Notes: generated by a model from the sequence alone, not told the origin. Counted from the stretch's first letter, positions 47,234-57,390 are shown. The stretch is DNA of 64,000 nucleotides from an uncultured Candidatus Saccharibacteria bacterium (GCA_964429815.1 CAYSCM010000001.1:1-64000), one strand, 5' to 3'. Translations and numbers: made by a program.

Positions 47234-48238
47234 CTACGGCTGATGGATATACTCGCGTGGATACTTTTTAAGTACATCCCACGACTCAGTGAGCCAAGAG
47301 ATAACTTCCTCAACCCCTCGCTCGAGCGGAATGCGCGGTTTCCACCCAAGAGCCTTCGCGGTCCCTCCAAACGAAAGCGCATAGACCTTATCCTGTCCAG
47401 GACGACCTTCACTCACTTTGGCGACTTCATTGAAACGAACCCCCATCTTGCGACACACGAGCTCAACGACGCCTCGAATGGAGCTCTGAGTGTGTGTCGA
47501 AAAATGATACACGCCACCAGACTTCCCTTTCTGGATCACGAGCTCAATACCGCGACATACATCCTCGATGTGTATGAAGCTACGCTTGATGGTGCCCCCT
47601 TGGTGAAGCGAGAGTTTAGTACCAACAAGGACCGAGAGGACCGTTTTTGGGATTACTTTGAAGAGCTGCTGATGCGCTCCATAGACATTCGCCGAGCGCA
47701 CAAAGCACACCGGAAAACCCTTGGTCTTATGGAGCGCGATGAGGAAGAGATCCCCTGCTCCCTTTGAGGCGGCGTAGGGCGTCGTCGGATTAAAGTAGGT
47801 AAGCGTCTCGGGGCCGCTGTATGAACCGTAAATTTCCGGCGTCGATATTTGTATGTACTTTTTTAAATAGGCCGTGTCTTTGAGGTGATCCGCGAGAGCA
47901 ACAATACCCAAGCAGTTGGTTCTAAACCAATCAAGCGGTTTTTTCCAACTAGCCTCAACGATGCCTTGGGCCGCGAAATTCACGACTATGTCAGGACGCT
48001 CGCTATCAAGGAGAGCGGCAAGTTTTTTTACATCTTTGTTTACGTCGAGCTTATGGAAACGATAGCGGCGCGCGGAGGGTTTTTTCCCTTTGTAGAGGTA
48101 GGGCAAAAATTCAGGCTCCTTCTCAGATGAGCGACTAATACCGATGACTATGTAATTTGTTTTCCGAAGCAGGTAATCGACGAGGTGTCCTCCCGAAAAA
48201 GAATTACTCCCGATGATAGCTATTTTTTTCAGAGCCAT
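47234..48238 (-). CDS. NDP-sugar 4,6-dehydratase (RfbB/extended SDR)
   Basis: KKIAIIGSNSFSGGHLVDYLL, YAASKGAGD. Confidence 0.85.
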   Translation of the reverse strand: MALKKIAIIGSNSFSGGHLVDYLLRKTNYIVIGISRSSEKEPEFLPYLYKGKKPSARRYRFHKLDVNKDVKKLAALLDSERPDIVVNFAAQGIVEASWKKPLDWFRTNCLGIVALADHLKDTAYLKKYIQISTPEIYGSYSGPETLTYFNPTTPYAASKGAGDLFLIALHKTKGFPVCFVRSANVYGAHQQLFKVIPKTVLSVLVGTKLSLHQGGTIKRSFIHIEDVCRGIELVIQKGKSGGVYHFSTHTQSSIRGVVELVCRKMGVRFNEVAKVSEGRPGQDKVYALSFGGTAKALGWKPRIPLERGVEEVISWLTESWDVLKKYPREYIHQP

Positions 48239-48249
48239 GTGAGCAAAGT

Positions 48250-49317
48250 TTAAAACGGACCGGTAAAACGCTTATCGGGCACATCGAGCGGCGTCGTGCG
48301 TTTCTTCTCTTCCGCTGCGACGAGCGACTCTAATTTTTTTGTATCCCCCTCAACCATAGAGACCACCATTCTGGCCATATCGATATAGCGCGGGTAGTAC
48401 TCATTGGCAAGCGCAGGCGTTGATGGGCTTGGCAGATCCGGCGCGGTAAGCCGGCGAGGGTTGGTCCGTAGACTGATTGTCGAATCCTCCGCGACTTGTG
48501 TGATTATCTCTCCCGCGACCCCGAAGCTGCGATGCCCGAGATCGGCCACAAGCAGCCGTCCTGTTTTTTTGACTGAGCGTGCTATTGTCTCGGTATCAAG
48601 AGGTTTAAGACTTCGCACATCGACGACCTCGGCGCTCACGCCAACCTTTTGGAGTAACTCCTGCGCACGCAGAGCCTCGTAGGTGAAGTAGGACGTTGTT
48701 ACAAGGGAAACATCGCTTCCCCGGCGCATTATACGAGCCTTGCCGATGGGCACCCTATAGTGACCCTCGGGAACATCTTCAGCAAGATCATGGAGCCATC
48801 GATGATCGATATATATGACCGGATTATCGTCCTCAATCGCGGCGAGCATCAGTCCCTTGGCATCGGAGGGGGTCGCGGGCATCACTACCTTGAGCCCGGG
48901 GATGTGCGCATAGAGGGCTTGGAGATTTTGTGAATGCTGCGGGCCCTGCCCCCATCCCATGCCGATGGTCATTTTCACCGTAAGGGGTACCGATTGCGCT
49001 CCGTTGTACATGTACGACCATTTCGCCGCATTGTTGATCACCTGCTCGATCGCAAGAAGGCTGAAGTCAACTCTCTGGTGCGTTAGGACTGGGCGCATCC
49101 CATTTACCGCCGCACCGATGCAGATCCCGGTTACCGCGAGCTCAGAAGTTGGCATATCAAGTACTCGTTTTGCGCCATGTTTTTTCTGAAGTCCCGTCGT
49201 CGTGCCAAAAATTCCCTTTGGATCAGGGACACCCAATCCTATAAGGAACACCGACTTGTCTTTAGCCAGAGCAAGATCAAATGCTTCTCGTATTGCTTGC
49301 GAATATGTTTTACGCAT
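48250..49317 (-). CDS. TPP-dependent dehydrogenase E1 component beta subunit (transketolase-like C-terminal)
   Basis: VLDMPTSELAVTGICIGAAVNGMRPV; start at MRKTYSQ; 8-nt overlap with the alpha subunit. Confidence 0.85.
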   Translation of the reverse strand: MRKTYSQAIREAFDLALAKDKSVFLIGLGVPDPKGIFGTTTGLQKKHGAKRVLDMPTSELAVTGICIGAAVNGMRPVLTHQRVDFSLLAIEQVINNAAKWSYMYNGAQSVPLTVKMTIGMGWGQGPQHSQNLQALYAHIPGLKVVMPATPSDAKGLMLAAIEDDNPVIYIDHRWLHDLAEDVPEGHYRVPIGKARIMRRGSDVSLVTTSYFTYEALRAQELLQKVGVSAEVVDVRSLKPLDTETIARSVKKTGRLLVADLGHRSFGVAGEIITQVAEDSTISLRTNPRRLTAPDLPSPSTPALANEYYPRYIDMARMVVSMVEGDTKKLESLVAAEEKKRTTPLDVPDKRFTGPF

Positions 49318-50269
49318 AGAGGTGTTCGGCAAGAGCTTCCCTCTTTGGAAACGGGCTCTTTTCGGCAAAACGGAATGCTCCATCAACCTGTCGAATCGCA
49401 TCGTTTCGGATTTTTTCGATGAGGTCGCTAGAAAGCACCTCTTTCTTCAGGAGCTCACGCTCGAACATCGCGACAGGATCCTTCTTCTTCCACACGGCAA
49501 CCTCCTTCGGATCACGGTACCCAAGCTCGTCATCAAAATTTGGGCCGCAGTGCTCACGGTAGCGGTAGGTCGAAAATTCCAAAAAAACTGGACCCGAACG
49601 GACGGCTTTTCTGGCTTTTGTTGCGGCAGCGAGAACGGTCGAAACATCGTTACCATCGTGGCGCGACGCAGGAATGCCGTGCCCTTTGGCAAGCGCGTAG
49701 ATGGGGCGTTTAGGTTGGCGCTCAGAGAGATGTGTGTACACCGAGAAGCGGTTATCTTCGCACACAAATACAATGGGTAGTTTGTGGAGCGCCGCAAAAT
49801 TGAGACTTTCATGGAAAGCCCCCTCCTCGACGGTACCATCCCCAAAAAACGAAACGATGACGCGGTTTTCCTTCCGGAGCTTCGCTGCAAACGCCGCTCC
49901 CGTTGCAATCGGAATGCTGTTGCCGACGATGGGTGTGGCCCCGCCAAAACCGGCCTTGAGATCAATGAGGTGCATGGAGCCGCCCTTGCCACCGCAGCAG
50001 CCCGTAGCTTTGCCATAGAGCTCAGCCATCATCGCATTGAGGTTGCCGCCTTTAGCGAGGTAATGAGCGTGACAGCGATGGGTACTATACACGAGATCCT
50101 CTGCCGTGAGCGCCGCGCACACCCCAACCGCAACGGCCTCTTGGCCGATCGAGAGGTGGACGGGACAGCGCATCTTTCCTTCGCTATAGCGACGAGCTAT
50201 CGTCTCTTCCGTCGTGCGTATGAGAATGAGCTTGCGGTAGAGCGATAGGAGTGCTTCATTTTTCTTCAT
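49310..50269 (-). CDS. TPP-dependent dehydrogenase E1 component alpha subunit
   Basis: CGGKGGSMHL, TPP-binding GDGTVEEG. Confidence 0.85.
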   Translation of the reverse strand: MKKNEALLSLYRKLILIRTTEETIARRYSEGKMRCPVHLSIGQEAVAVGVCAALTAEDLVYSTHRCHAHYLAKGGNLNAMMAELYGKATGCCGGKGGSMHLIDLKAGFGGATPIVGNSIPIATGAAFAAKLRKENRVIVSFFGDGTVEEGAFHESLNFAALHKLPIVFVCEDNRFSVYTHLSERQPKRPIYALAKGHGIPASRHDGNDVSTVLAAATKARKAVRSGPVFLEFSTYRYREHCGPNFDDELGYRDPKEVAVWKKKDPVAMFERELLKKEVLSSDLIEKIRNDAIRQVDGAFRFAEKSPFPKREALAEHLYA

Positions 50270-50270
50270 G

Positions 50271-51248
50271 CTACGTAAGCCCTAGCTTCTGCATCATCTT
50301 GACGTTGTGGTAGAGAGGATTGTTGAGACCGTCTGTTATGTCGCCCCGTTCGTATGCTGCCTTTATAGAGCGCACTGCCTCGGGGATATCAAACTGGGCC
50401 TTAAAGCCGAGTACACGCTCTATCTTGTCGGCATTGAGCTTGTAGGAGCGGTTATCGACGATCGAAGCCGATACCTTGATCGAAACTGCGGGGTCGTTGA
50501 GAACATCCTTGATGAGTTTCCCCGTATCGAGCACCGAAATATTCCAGAACCCGGTATTGAAGACTTCGCGATGAATTTTCTCCTGCGGAGCTGCGAGGAG
50601 CGTCTCGTAAATACGCACCATGTCGCGGATATTTATATGGGGTCGCAACTGGCTCCCGCCGAAGATGGTTATTTTCTTGTTTACGAGCGCATGCATGGTA
50701 AGTAAGTTCACGGTGAGGTCAAGTCGCAAACGCGTCGCGTAACCACACACCGTGCCCGGACGCACCGTCACGTAGTTGAGGTTGGTACCCTCAAGAACCT
50801 TTTCACACTCGAGCTTGTACTTGCCGTAATCCGTGATCGGCCTTCCCACCCTCTCCTCGGTCACTTCCCCCTCTTGGATACCATAGGTGCTCGCGGAGCT
50901 TGCGTAGATAAACCGACCGATGTCGTTTTCCTTCGCCGCATCGATGACGTTGAAGAACGCGTCGTAGTTGATCGATTTCCCGAGCGTTGGGTCGAGCTCG
51001 AAGCTCGGGTCGTTCGACACGCACGCAAGGTGAATGAGGGAATCGCAGCCTTTGGCCGACTCGATTAACTTTTTTCGGTCACGGATATCTCCCCGGATCT
51101 CAGTGAGGTTTTTCTGCTTGATGCCGGAAAAAACATCGCCGTAGAGATAGAGGTCGTACACAACGACGCTATGGCCCGCTTCGAGAAGTTTCGGAACGAG
51201 AGCGCTGCCGACGTATCCCGCTCCGCCTGTGATGAAGATCTTGGTCAT
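50271..51248 (-). CDS. NAD-dependent epimerase/dehydratase
   Basis: KIFITGGAGYVGSALVPKLLEAGHSVVVYD. Confidence 0.85.
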   Translation of the reverse strand: MTKIFITGGAGYVGSALVPKLLEAGHSVVVYDLYLYGDVFSGIKQKNLTEIRGDIRDRKKLIESAKGCDSLIHLACVSNDPSFELDPTLGKSINYDAFFNVIDAAKENDIGRFIYASSASTYGIQEGEVTEERVGRPITDYGKYKLECEKVLEGTNLNYVTVRPGTVCGYATRLRLDLTVNLLTMHALVNKKITIFGGSQLRPHINIRDMVRIYETLLAAPQEKIHREVFNTGFWNISVLDTGKLIKDVLNDPAVSIKVSASIVDNRSYKLNADKIERVLGFKAQFDIPEAVRSIKAAYERGDITDGLNNPLYHNVKMMQKLGLT

Positions 51249-51250
51249 AG

Positions 51251-52309
51251 TTATGCGAGAAGTTCGCTTATAAAATCTTTGAGTTCCGCTTTCTTGATAG
51301 GTCTCTTATTGCCCACTATGCCTATCGCAAGTGCTCCGACTGCATTGCCGATAAAGCCGACCACGTCGAGCGGCACCCGGTTATGTACCAACGGGGCCGT
51401 CAGGGCCAGGAAAGCATCTCCCGCCCCCATTCGGTCGGTAAACGAGCTCCTCATCGTGGGGGCGTTCGTGATCTTCCCCCGATTATATAGGTAACAACCC
51501 ATGGGCCCTCCGGTCACAATGAAGTTTTTGTACCGGAGCTTGGTGGCGACGTTTCGCATGACGCTTATTAGGTCGTGATTGCGCTCGCGCGCCTCGAGCC
51601 GGAGCTCTCGCTCATCGGCGCAAACATAGTCGGCTTTTGGAAATACCGAAAGGGTATGAAACCCCATATTACCCGCGTTCGCCTGGGCCGTAAGGGCCAA
51701 AAAGGGTGAACGCTGCATAAGCTCCTTACGGCTCGCCCGGTCGAGCATGCCGTGCCCGAAATCACCGCAGATGACCAGATCGTGGGACTTGAAGAGCTTG
51801 CGAAGTGTCCGGACGACCTCCGCGCTCTCGCTTGCGCTCGGAGACTTGTCGCTCATAACGTAAAACTCGAGGAGTTTCTGAAGCGGTACCTCTTCCATAA
51901 ACCGCTTCTTCATGATGGTGGGAGCGCTCTTTTTGTAGAAAAAGACTGGCTTGACGTTTTTCGGGAGCGAGCGGCGAACGAATGCTTCTTGGGAATTTTC
52001 CTCGCCGAGCATGGCAAAAAGCGTCACCTCCTTGCAAAAGCTCGCGAGATGGTTGGCGATGGCGATGGACCCTCCGGCGTAGAGCTCTTTTTTTATTTCT
52101 TTGAGCGCGACGATGGGTTCCTTAGCGGACTTTCCAATGGACCTTCCGAACGTATATTCGTCGAGAATAGCCTCGCCCACCACGAGGACTCGCGTGTCTT
52201 TCATCGCTTCGAGCACATCAAAAAGGTACTCTTTCGAATACCTCTTCTTGAAACGCATCAGGTACGAATTCCAGTCGGTGCTAAGATTCTCTTTCATGGA
52301 TTCCGACAT
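51251..52309 (-). CDS. PfkB-family sugar kinase (heptose-7-phosphate kinase / RfaE domain I-like)
   Basis: Start at MSESMKEN (cat 52307-52309); VLVVGEAILDEY, C-terminal GAGDAF. Confidence 0.8.
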   Translation of the reverse strand: MSESMKENLSTDWNSYLMRFKKRYSKEYLFDVLEAMKDTRVLVVGEAILDEYTFGRSIGKSAKEPIVALKEIKKELYAGGSIAIANHLASFCKEVTLFAMLGEENSQEAFVRRSLPKNVKPVFFYKKSAPTIMKKRFMEEVPLQKLLEFYVMSDKSPSASESAEVVRTLRKLFKSHDLVICGDFGHGMLDRASRKELMQRSPFLALTAQANAGNMGFHTLSVFPKADYVCADERELRLEARERNHDLISVMRNVATKLRYKNFIVTGGPMGCYLYNRGKITNAPTMRSSFTDRMGAGDAFLALTAPLVHNRVPLDVVGFIGNAVGALAIGIVGNKRPIKKAELKDFISELLA

Positions 52310-52353
52310 GGTACCTGATGGGTGGGAAAAGAAAAGCCGCGAAAAGCTTCCTC

Positions 52354-53724
52354 CTAGGAAATAAAACTGAGCACAGCGGAAGCGATGTGAGAGGCCGACA
52401 TTCCGTCGAATTTCCAGCAGTAGCGATCTTTGAAAACTTTGCGCCGGTCGCTGTGAATCTCGGGGTGCGCAAGGTAGATGTTGATCCATTTCGCAAGTTC
52501 TCCCTTGGAGCCCACGAGAGCGGTCGAGCCGATGGAGAGCCAGGAAACTTGATTTTCCTCCAATCTCCAGCGCCTCACGAGGCTGCGCAGGAACGGTACC
52601 TTTGTTTCCCACCCGTCGAAATTGATGGTGATGAGCGGTTTATCGAAAATAGAAGAATCGATGATGATGGAAGAGATGGTATTGATGACCAGCGAGCTCC
52701 AGTAGAGTGAATCGTAAATGTGTTGAAAGAAGCTCATGTCGAGTTCCCCCTCTCGCTTGTCACGCTCAAGGTCATTGAGCTTGGCGGGGCCTGGAATATC
52801 AATAATAAAGTGCTCGTCTGGTGTGAATTTGGAGAGGTCGACGGGGAGGAACGGGTGGAGCCGAACCAAAATTTGCAAATCGTCGGGGATTTTCTTCTCC
52901 GCAAAGAGGTCTTTGAGGATCTGGCAGGTCTGCCAGTCGGTGTCGATGAAAAAATGTCCGGCGGGCGCGAAGAGGACGAGGCGTTTCTTCGGGTCAGCGC
53001 CGATTTTCTTAAAAAATTCTTCACGCGGGGTCGGCTGCATGGTGAGGTACTTTTCAAACTGCGGGACACCTGATAGCACGATCGTGGTCTCTTTGATGTG
53101 GTGGTAGCGCACCATATCCTCTTTCATGACCTCGTTATGGACGATGAGCCGATCCGGCACGAAGCGAGCATAGCTACGGGACGTCGTATTGTCCCACGAA
53201 CGCACCATCGCGACCGTTCTCACCCCGCGTGCTTTGGCATTTTTGAGAAGGAAGAGGTCCGAGTGATTAAAAAGGTCGGTCGCGAACACGACGCTGGGCC
53301 GATATGTCTCAACATATCGATTGAACGTGTCCTGATTATTGAGCCTATAGTCGAGAAAACGCAGGAATTTCTTGACTGGCGTGATCGGAGCGAACAGGGC
53401 CGTGAAGAGAAGCGACGTATAGTACTTCGGCCAGTTACCCGTCTTCGTCCGCGCCTCGAGTTTATGGATCCACATGACGTTCGTGTCGAGGAGCCACTCG
53501 GCCAGTCTTTGGAACAGCCGGTTGCGGAAACTGGTTACGTTCTTTCCAAGTTCCACCCCCTCGACAATGACGCCCGGGTAGCGTATTTTAAAATATTCCT
53601 CCTGGGGTTTTGCAACAAAAAGGACGACCCGCGCCTCCTTGGTGAGAAGATCGAGCACTCCCGTGTTGAGGATATTTTTTGTTATAAACGGATGAAAATC
53701 CGTAATGAAAACCGTCGGCTTCAT
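52354..53724 (-). CDS. CDP-glycerol glycerophosphotransferase (TagB/TagF) family
   Basis: 456 aa; Glyphos_transf-like C-terminal region. Confidence 0.6.
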   Translation of the reverse strand: MKPTVFITDFHPFITKNILNTGVLDLLTKEARVVLFVAKPQEEYFKIRYPGVIVEGVELGKNVTSFRNRLFQRLAEWLLDTNVMWIHKLEARTKTGNWPKYYTSLLFTALFAPITPVKKFLRFLDYRLNNQDTFNRYVETYRPSVVFATDLFNHSDLFLLKNAKARGVRTVAMVRSWDNTTSRSYARFVPDRLIVHNEVMKEDMVRYHHIKETTIVLSGVPQFEKYLTMQPTPREEFFKKIGADPKKRLVLFAPAGHFFIDTDWQTCQILKDLFAEKKIPDDLQILVRLHPFLPVDLSKFTPDEHFIIDIPGPAKLNDLERDKREGELDMSFFQHIYDSLYWSSLVINTISSIIIDSSIFDKPLITINFDGWETKVPFLRSLVRRWRLEENQVSWLSIGSTALVGSKGELAKWINIYLAHPEIHSDRRKVFKDRYCWKFDGMSASHIASAVLSFIS

Positions 53725-54821
53725 TGAAATAGAGACTTCACCGAGGCAATCACGTGGTCCGACTCAGTTTTCGTAAGTGACGGATAGAGCGGTAGTGCGA
53801 TCATGCCGAAGCCACGCCGCTCGGCGTTGGGGAAGTCCCCTTTTTTGTACGCATATTTTTCCACGTAGTAAGGTTCGAGTGGGATGGGATCGTGATTGAC
53901 TCCGGTCTCCACTCCTAAGGCAGAAAGTTTTTTGCGCAGCTCATCCCGATCGTTCGGATCGACATACATCGCAAAGACATCGTACGCGTGCCGAACATTC
54001 TTATTTCGTCTTGGAAAGGAGACGCCTTGGATGCCGACAAACGCCCTCTCATAGACCTCATACCACTTTTTGCGCTTTTTCCACTGGGCCTCAATACGCG
54101 CGAGTTGGGGAATAAGCATGGCGGCCTGGAATGAGGTCAGAGGGTAACGATAGCCCAGGTAGAGCATACGACGATTACCCTCTCTTTTTTCCATCCCACT
54201 GTCACAAAAAACCCGTACCTTGCGGCACAGCTCAGCGTCGTTGGAGACCATAGCCCCCCCTTGCCCGCTCGTGATGTTTTTTGCCGCATGGAAACTGAAG
54301 AAGGCCGCCGCGGTGAGCTGTCCAGGGCGGATCCCCTCAAAATCACTCTCGAGTGCATGCGCGGCGTCCTCGATGACAAGAAGATTGTGCTTTTTTGCGA
54401 TCTGTGCGAGCCGCTTGATATCGACCATGTTGCCGTAGTAGTGGACCGGTACGATAGCCTTTGTTTTTACGGTTACAGCTGCCTCAATTTTGGCGAGGTC
54501 GATGAGCGATGTGTCTGGATCGACATCAACAAATACTGGTTTCGCACCGGTGTATTCGATGGCGTTTGCAGTCTGGACCGCAGAGAGGGCCGACGTGATA
54601 ACTTCATCTCCTGATCCGACACCAAGGGATGCCAGGGTCGCATGGAGCGCCGCAGTGCCACTTCCCACGACCGCGGTGTCTTTCGCCCCAAGGTATGCCG
54701 CCAAGTCTCCTTCAAGCTCCTTGGAAACCGGCCCGTATGTAAGCCATCCCGATTTCATCGCTTCGGTGGCTCGTTGTATGTCAGCCTTCTTAATTTCGGG
54801 TTTTAGAAATTCTACCTTCAT
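53721..54821 (-). CDS. DegT/DnrJ/EryC1/StrS-family PLP-dependent sugar aminotransferase
   Basis: 366 aa; SGTAALHATL, FSFHAAKNIT (Lys). Confidence 0.9.
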   Translation of the reverse strand: MKVEFLKPEIKKADIQRATEAMKSGWLTYGPVSKELEGDLAAYLGAKDTAVVGSGTAALHATLASLGVGSGDEVITSALSAVQTANAIEYTGAKPVFVDVDPDTSLIDLAKIEAAVTVKTKAIVPVHYYGNMVDIKRLAQIAKKHNLLVIEDAAHALESDFEGIRPGQLTAAAFFSFHAAKNITSGQGGAMVSNDAELCRKVRVFCDSGMEKREGNRRMLYLGYRYPLTSFQAAMLIPQLARIEAQWKKRKKWYEVYERAFVGIQGVSFPRRNKNVRHAYDVFAMYVDPNDRDELRKKLSALGVETGVNHDPIPLEPYYVEKYAYKKGDFPNAERRGFGMIALPLYPSLTKTESDHVIASVKSLFQ

Positions 54822-55537
54822 CTCGTGAAGACAAGCATTTTGTATTTCGACTTCGTGGCGCCGACCATGCGATACAGCGAATCCAAAAACAAGGTGAGCG
54901 TGTATACAAACCAGTTTTTACCTAAATGAAAGAAAAGAAAACTATCGATGAAGTTGACATGGCGCAGTTCTGAGAGCGTGGCACCCACAGCCTCAAACTT
55001 AGCCTTAATCTCCGGCAGGGTTTCGACCTCCTTGTAAGACAACCCTTTCTGGAACGAAGGTACGCTCTCAGGTATGTACTCAAGCAATAGAATTTTGCTC
55101 CCCTTTTTCATGCCAGCTATTCCTTCAAAAAAGGCCAGCCTGGCTTCCGCCGAGAGGTGGACATATACGGTCGTAGTGTATACCACGTCGGCCTTCTTGA
55201 TAGCCTCGACAACTTCCGGTCGTGGTAATGGTTTTGGAACGAAGGATGTTTGCGGCAGGGTTCCGCGTATCCTCTGCACAATTTCGATATTGAACGGGAA
55301 ATCAAAACCCGTGAAGTGCGCGTTTGGCGCCAGTCTGTGAATCGCCTCAAGGTACTCGCCTACGCCGCACCCGACATCTACAACTTCCCTTGCTCCGGCA
55401 AAGTCACGGCGAGAGAAGGCGCCCGTGCGAATGTGGTAGGCGTACCGGTCTTGCCAAACATTATGATAGTGGCAGGGATTGTGGCCTTTTTTTGTTTGTT
55501 CGAGCCAATAGTCTTCTGTGCCGTTCGTATCAAGCAT
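54818..55537 (-). CDS. Class I SAM-dependent methyltransferase
   Basis: VVDVGCGVGEYLE. Confidence 0.75.
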   Translation of the reverse strand: MLDTNGTEDYWLEQTKKGHNPCHYHNVWQDRYAYHIRTGAFSRRDFAGAREVVDVGCGVGEYLEAIHRLAPNAHFTGFDFPFNIEIVQRIRGTLPQTSFVPKPLPRPEVVEAIKKADVVYTTTVYVHLSAEARLAFFEGIAGMKKGSKILLLEYIPESVPSFQKGLSYKEVETLPEIKAKFEAVGATLSELRHVNFIDSFLFFHLGKNWFVYTLTLFLDSLYRMVGATKSKYKMLVFTR

Positions 55538-56669
55538 GGGTGAGTATCGATTCGTATGCGCCTATGTACAGCTCCCCAATTCTATCCCAGCTGTGTTTTT
55601 TCGCTTCCTCTTTTCCATGCCGTGACATTTCCTCGCGAAGCGCGGGGTTCCCTACGATCTTTCGAATGGCGTCCGCGAGTTCTTTCACTGAATCCTGCGG
55701 CACCAAAAATCCATTGTAGCCGTTTTTTATCACATACTCAGAACCAAACCCGTTGGTACTCACGATAGGAGCCCCCAGTGAATGGGCTTCGTAGTAGACC
55801 ATGGGGAATCCTTCGAATGATCCTTCGATCGTCTGTGCCGCCAGCACGAAAAGAGTACAAGTGCTGTAAAGCTCAAGGAGCTTCTCGTCACTCACGCGCC
55901 CGAGAATATGGACCTGGTCTTCAAGCTTGAGCTCTTTCACAAGGGCCTTCAGCTCTTGTGCAAAAACATCGGTATCATGATAACTTCCCGCGATCTTATA
56001 TTCGAGCTCAGGAAATTCATCGCGAAGCAAATTGAGCGCGCGGACCACATAATTAGTACCCTTGCGCGGTTTGAGGCCTCCGACGGTCAGGAGAAATGGT
56101 TTCTTGGAAGCGGGGTAGCTTTTGATACCAATGAATTTGGATGGATCGACACCGAAGGGCACAAAGTGCCATCGATTGCCGAGCTTTACTGCTCGCTCGA
56201 TGCGCTCAATATTTTGCTTTGACCCGGTCGCGATGTAAGCGGCGTGGTCGTACATAAAGCGCATTACGATGCGCTTAATTCGCTGCCGCATGGTGTTTCC
56301 CGTCGGAACCACGCAGTAGGTCCCAGCAAGGGTGATAATGAATGGCTTACCTAGCACCCATGCCGCAAACGCCGCGCCTGGGCCGAGCGGCTCTATAAGC
56401 GCATGGATCACATCGCAATCTCGTAAATAACGAAAACACATAAAGGCGGTGTGGATCTGGTTCTTGAGTCCGAAACTCAAGTGATTCTTGGACAGGACGT
56501 TTTTTATTTCGTAGTTGACCAGATCATTTTCTGCCTTCTTCGAGGAAAGTACCACCACATTGTGGTAGCGCGCGACCCCACCAACAATGCCCTTCGAAAG
56601 CGTGTCCCAGCCGCCGTGGTAGGAAATCGAGGAGGTCACGTAGCCGATTTTGAGCCGCTTCATTGCCAT
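55530..56669 (-). CDS. Glycosyltransferase family 4 (GT-B)
   Basis: E-x7-E region EGFPMVYYEAHSLGAPIVST. Confidence 0.85.
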   Translation of the reverse strand: MAMKRLKIGYVTSSISYHGGWDTLSKGIVGGVARYHNVVVLSSKKAENDLVNYEIKNVLSKNHLSFGLKNQIHTAFMCFRYLRDCDVIHALIEPLGPGAAFAAWVLGKPFIITLAGTYCVVPTGNTMRQRIKRIVMRFMYDHAAYIATGSKQNIERIERAVKLGNRWHFVPFGVDPSKFIGIKSYPASKKPFLLTVGGLKPRKGTNYVVRALNLLRDEFPELEYKIAGSYHDTDVFAQELKALVKELKLEDQVHILGRVSDEKLLELYSTCTLFVLAAQTIEGSFEGFPMVYYEAHSLGAPIVSTNGFGSEYVIKNGYNGFLVPQDSVKELADAIRKIVGNPALREEMSRHGKEEAKKHSWDRIGELYIGAYESILTHA

Positions 56670-56771
56670 ACGCTAGCAGATAAGCCAATAAATACGAACT
56701 GGATGATGGATAGTTGACTATTGCAGATAATCGTGCTACAATTTTGCCCGGTCTACAAAGCCGAGGAGGCA

Positions 56772-57362
56772 CACATGCCGAAGTTCTTTCCTGCCCGCCC
56801 CGACCCGGAGCCGCCGGTCTTTTTCGAAGGCGGCGATGGCGTCCGCAAGGGATGGAGCCGGCCGTTCCTTGATGACGCTGAATACCTCACTGCCCTCAAC
56901 AAGCTCCTGATCGTCTGTTCGGACGTCTTATGGGTGAGGCCGGAATCGCAAGAGCTCTGGCTCACCTGGCGCAAGGTGCACAGCACGAAAGGCCCGTGGA
57001 TGTTCGGCGGGCGTCAGCTGCGCGGGGAAACGCCGCGCGAAGCGGCCGTGAGGAAACTCTCACGGGAGGTCGGTACCGACGTCGGGCCGGATGAACTCTC
57101 GTACCTGGCGACGCTCGTGTGGCTCTCCGAATTTCGTCAACAAGAACCCCAGGGCGCCGGCTGCCATTTCATCCTGTTCCACTACTGCTGGCAGCCACAG
57201 GACGAGCTGGTCGCTTCGAAGCAGGCAAAGCTCGACCCGGCCGAGTACGATCTCGAGCACGGCATCAAAGCCTACGGCTTGGCCGACATCGAAGCGCTCG
57301 ACGGGAAACTCTGGCCGCAACGCCAGCTTCTCATCGATCACTGGCGTCGCTGCTTCGGCTAG
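56772..57362 (+). CDS. NUDIX hydrolase-like protein
   Basis: Nudix box GGRQLRGETPREAAVRKLSREVG; ORF begins at 56721, Met at 56772 preferred. Confidence 0.6.
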   Translation, partial: HMPKFFPARPDPEPPVFFEGGDGVRKGWSRPFLDDAEYLTALNKLLIVCSDVLWVRPESQELWLTWRKVHSTKGPWMFGGRQLRGETPREAAVRKLSREVGTDVGPDELSYLATLVWLSEFRQQEPQGAGCHFILFHYCWQPQDELVASKQAKLDPAEYDLEHGIKAYGLADIEALDGKLWPQRQLLIDHWRRCFG

Positions 57363-57390
57363 TAGACGTCCGCTCTCGTTCTTAACACTT

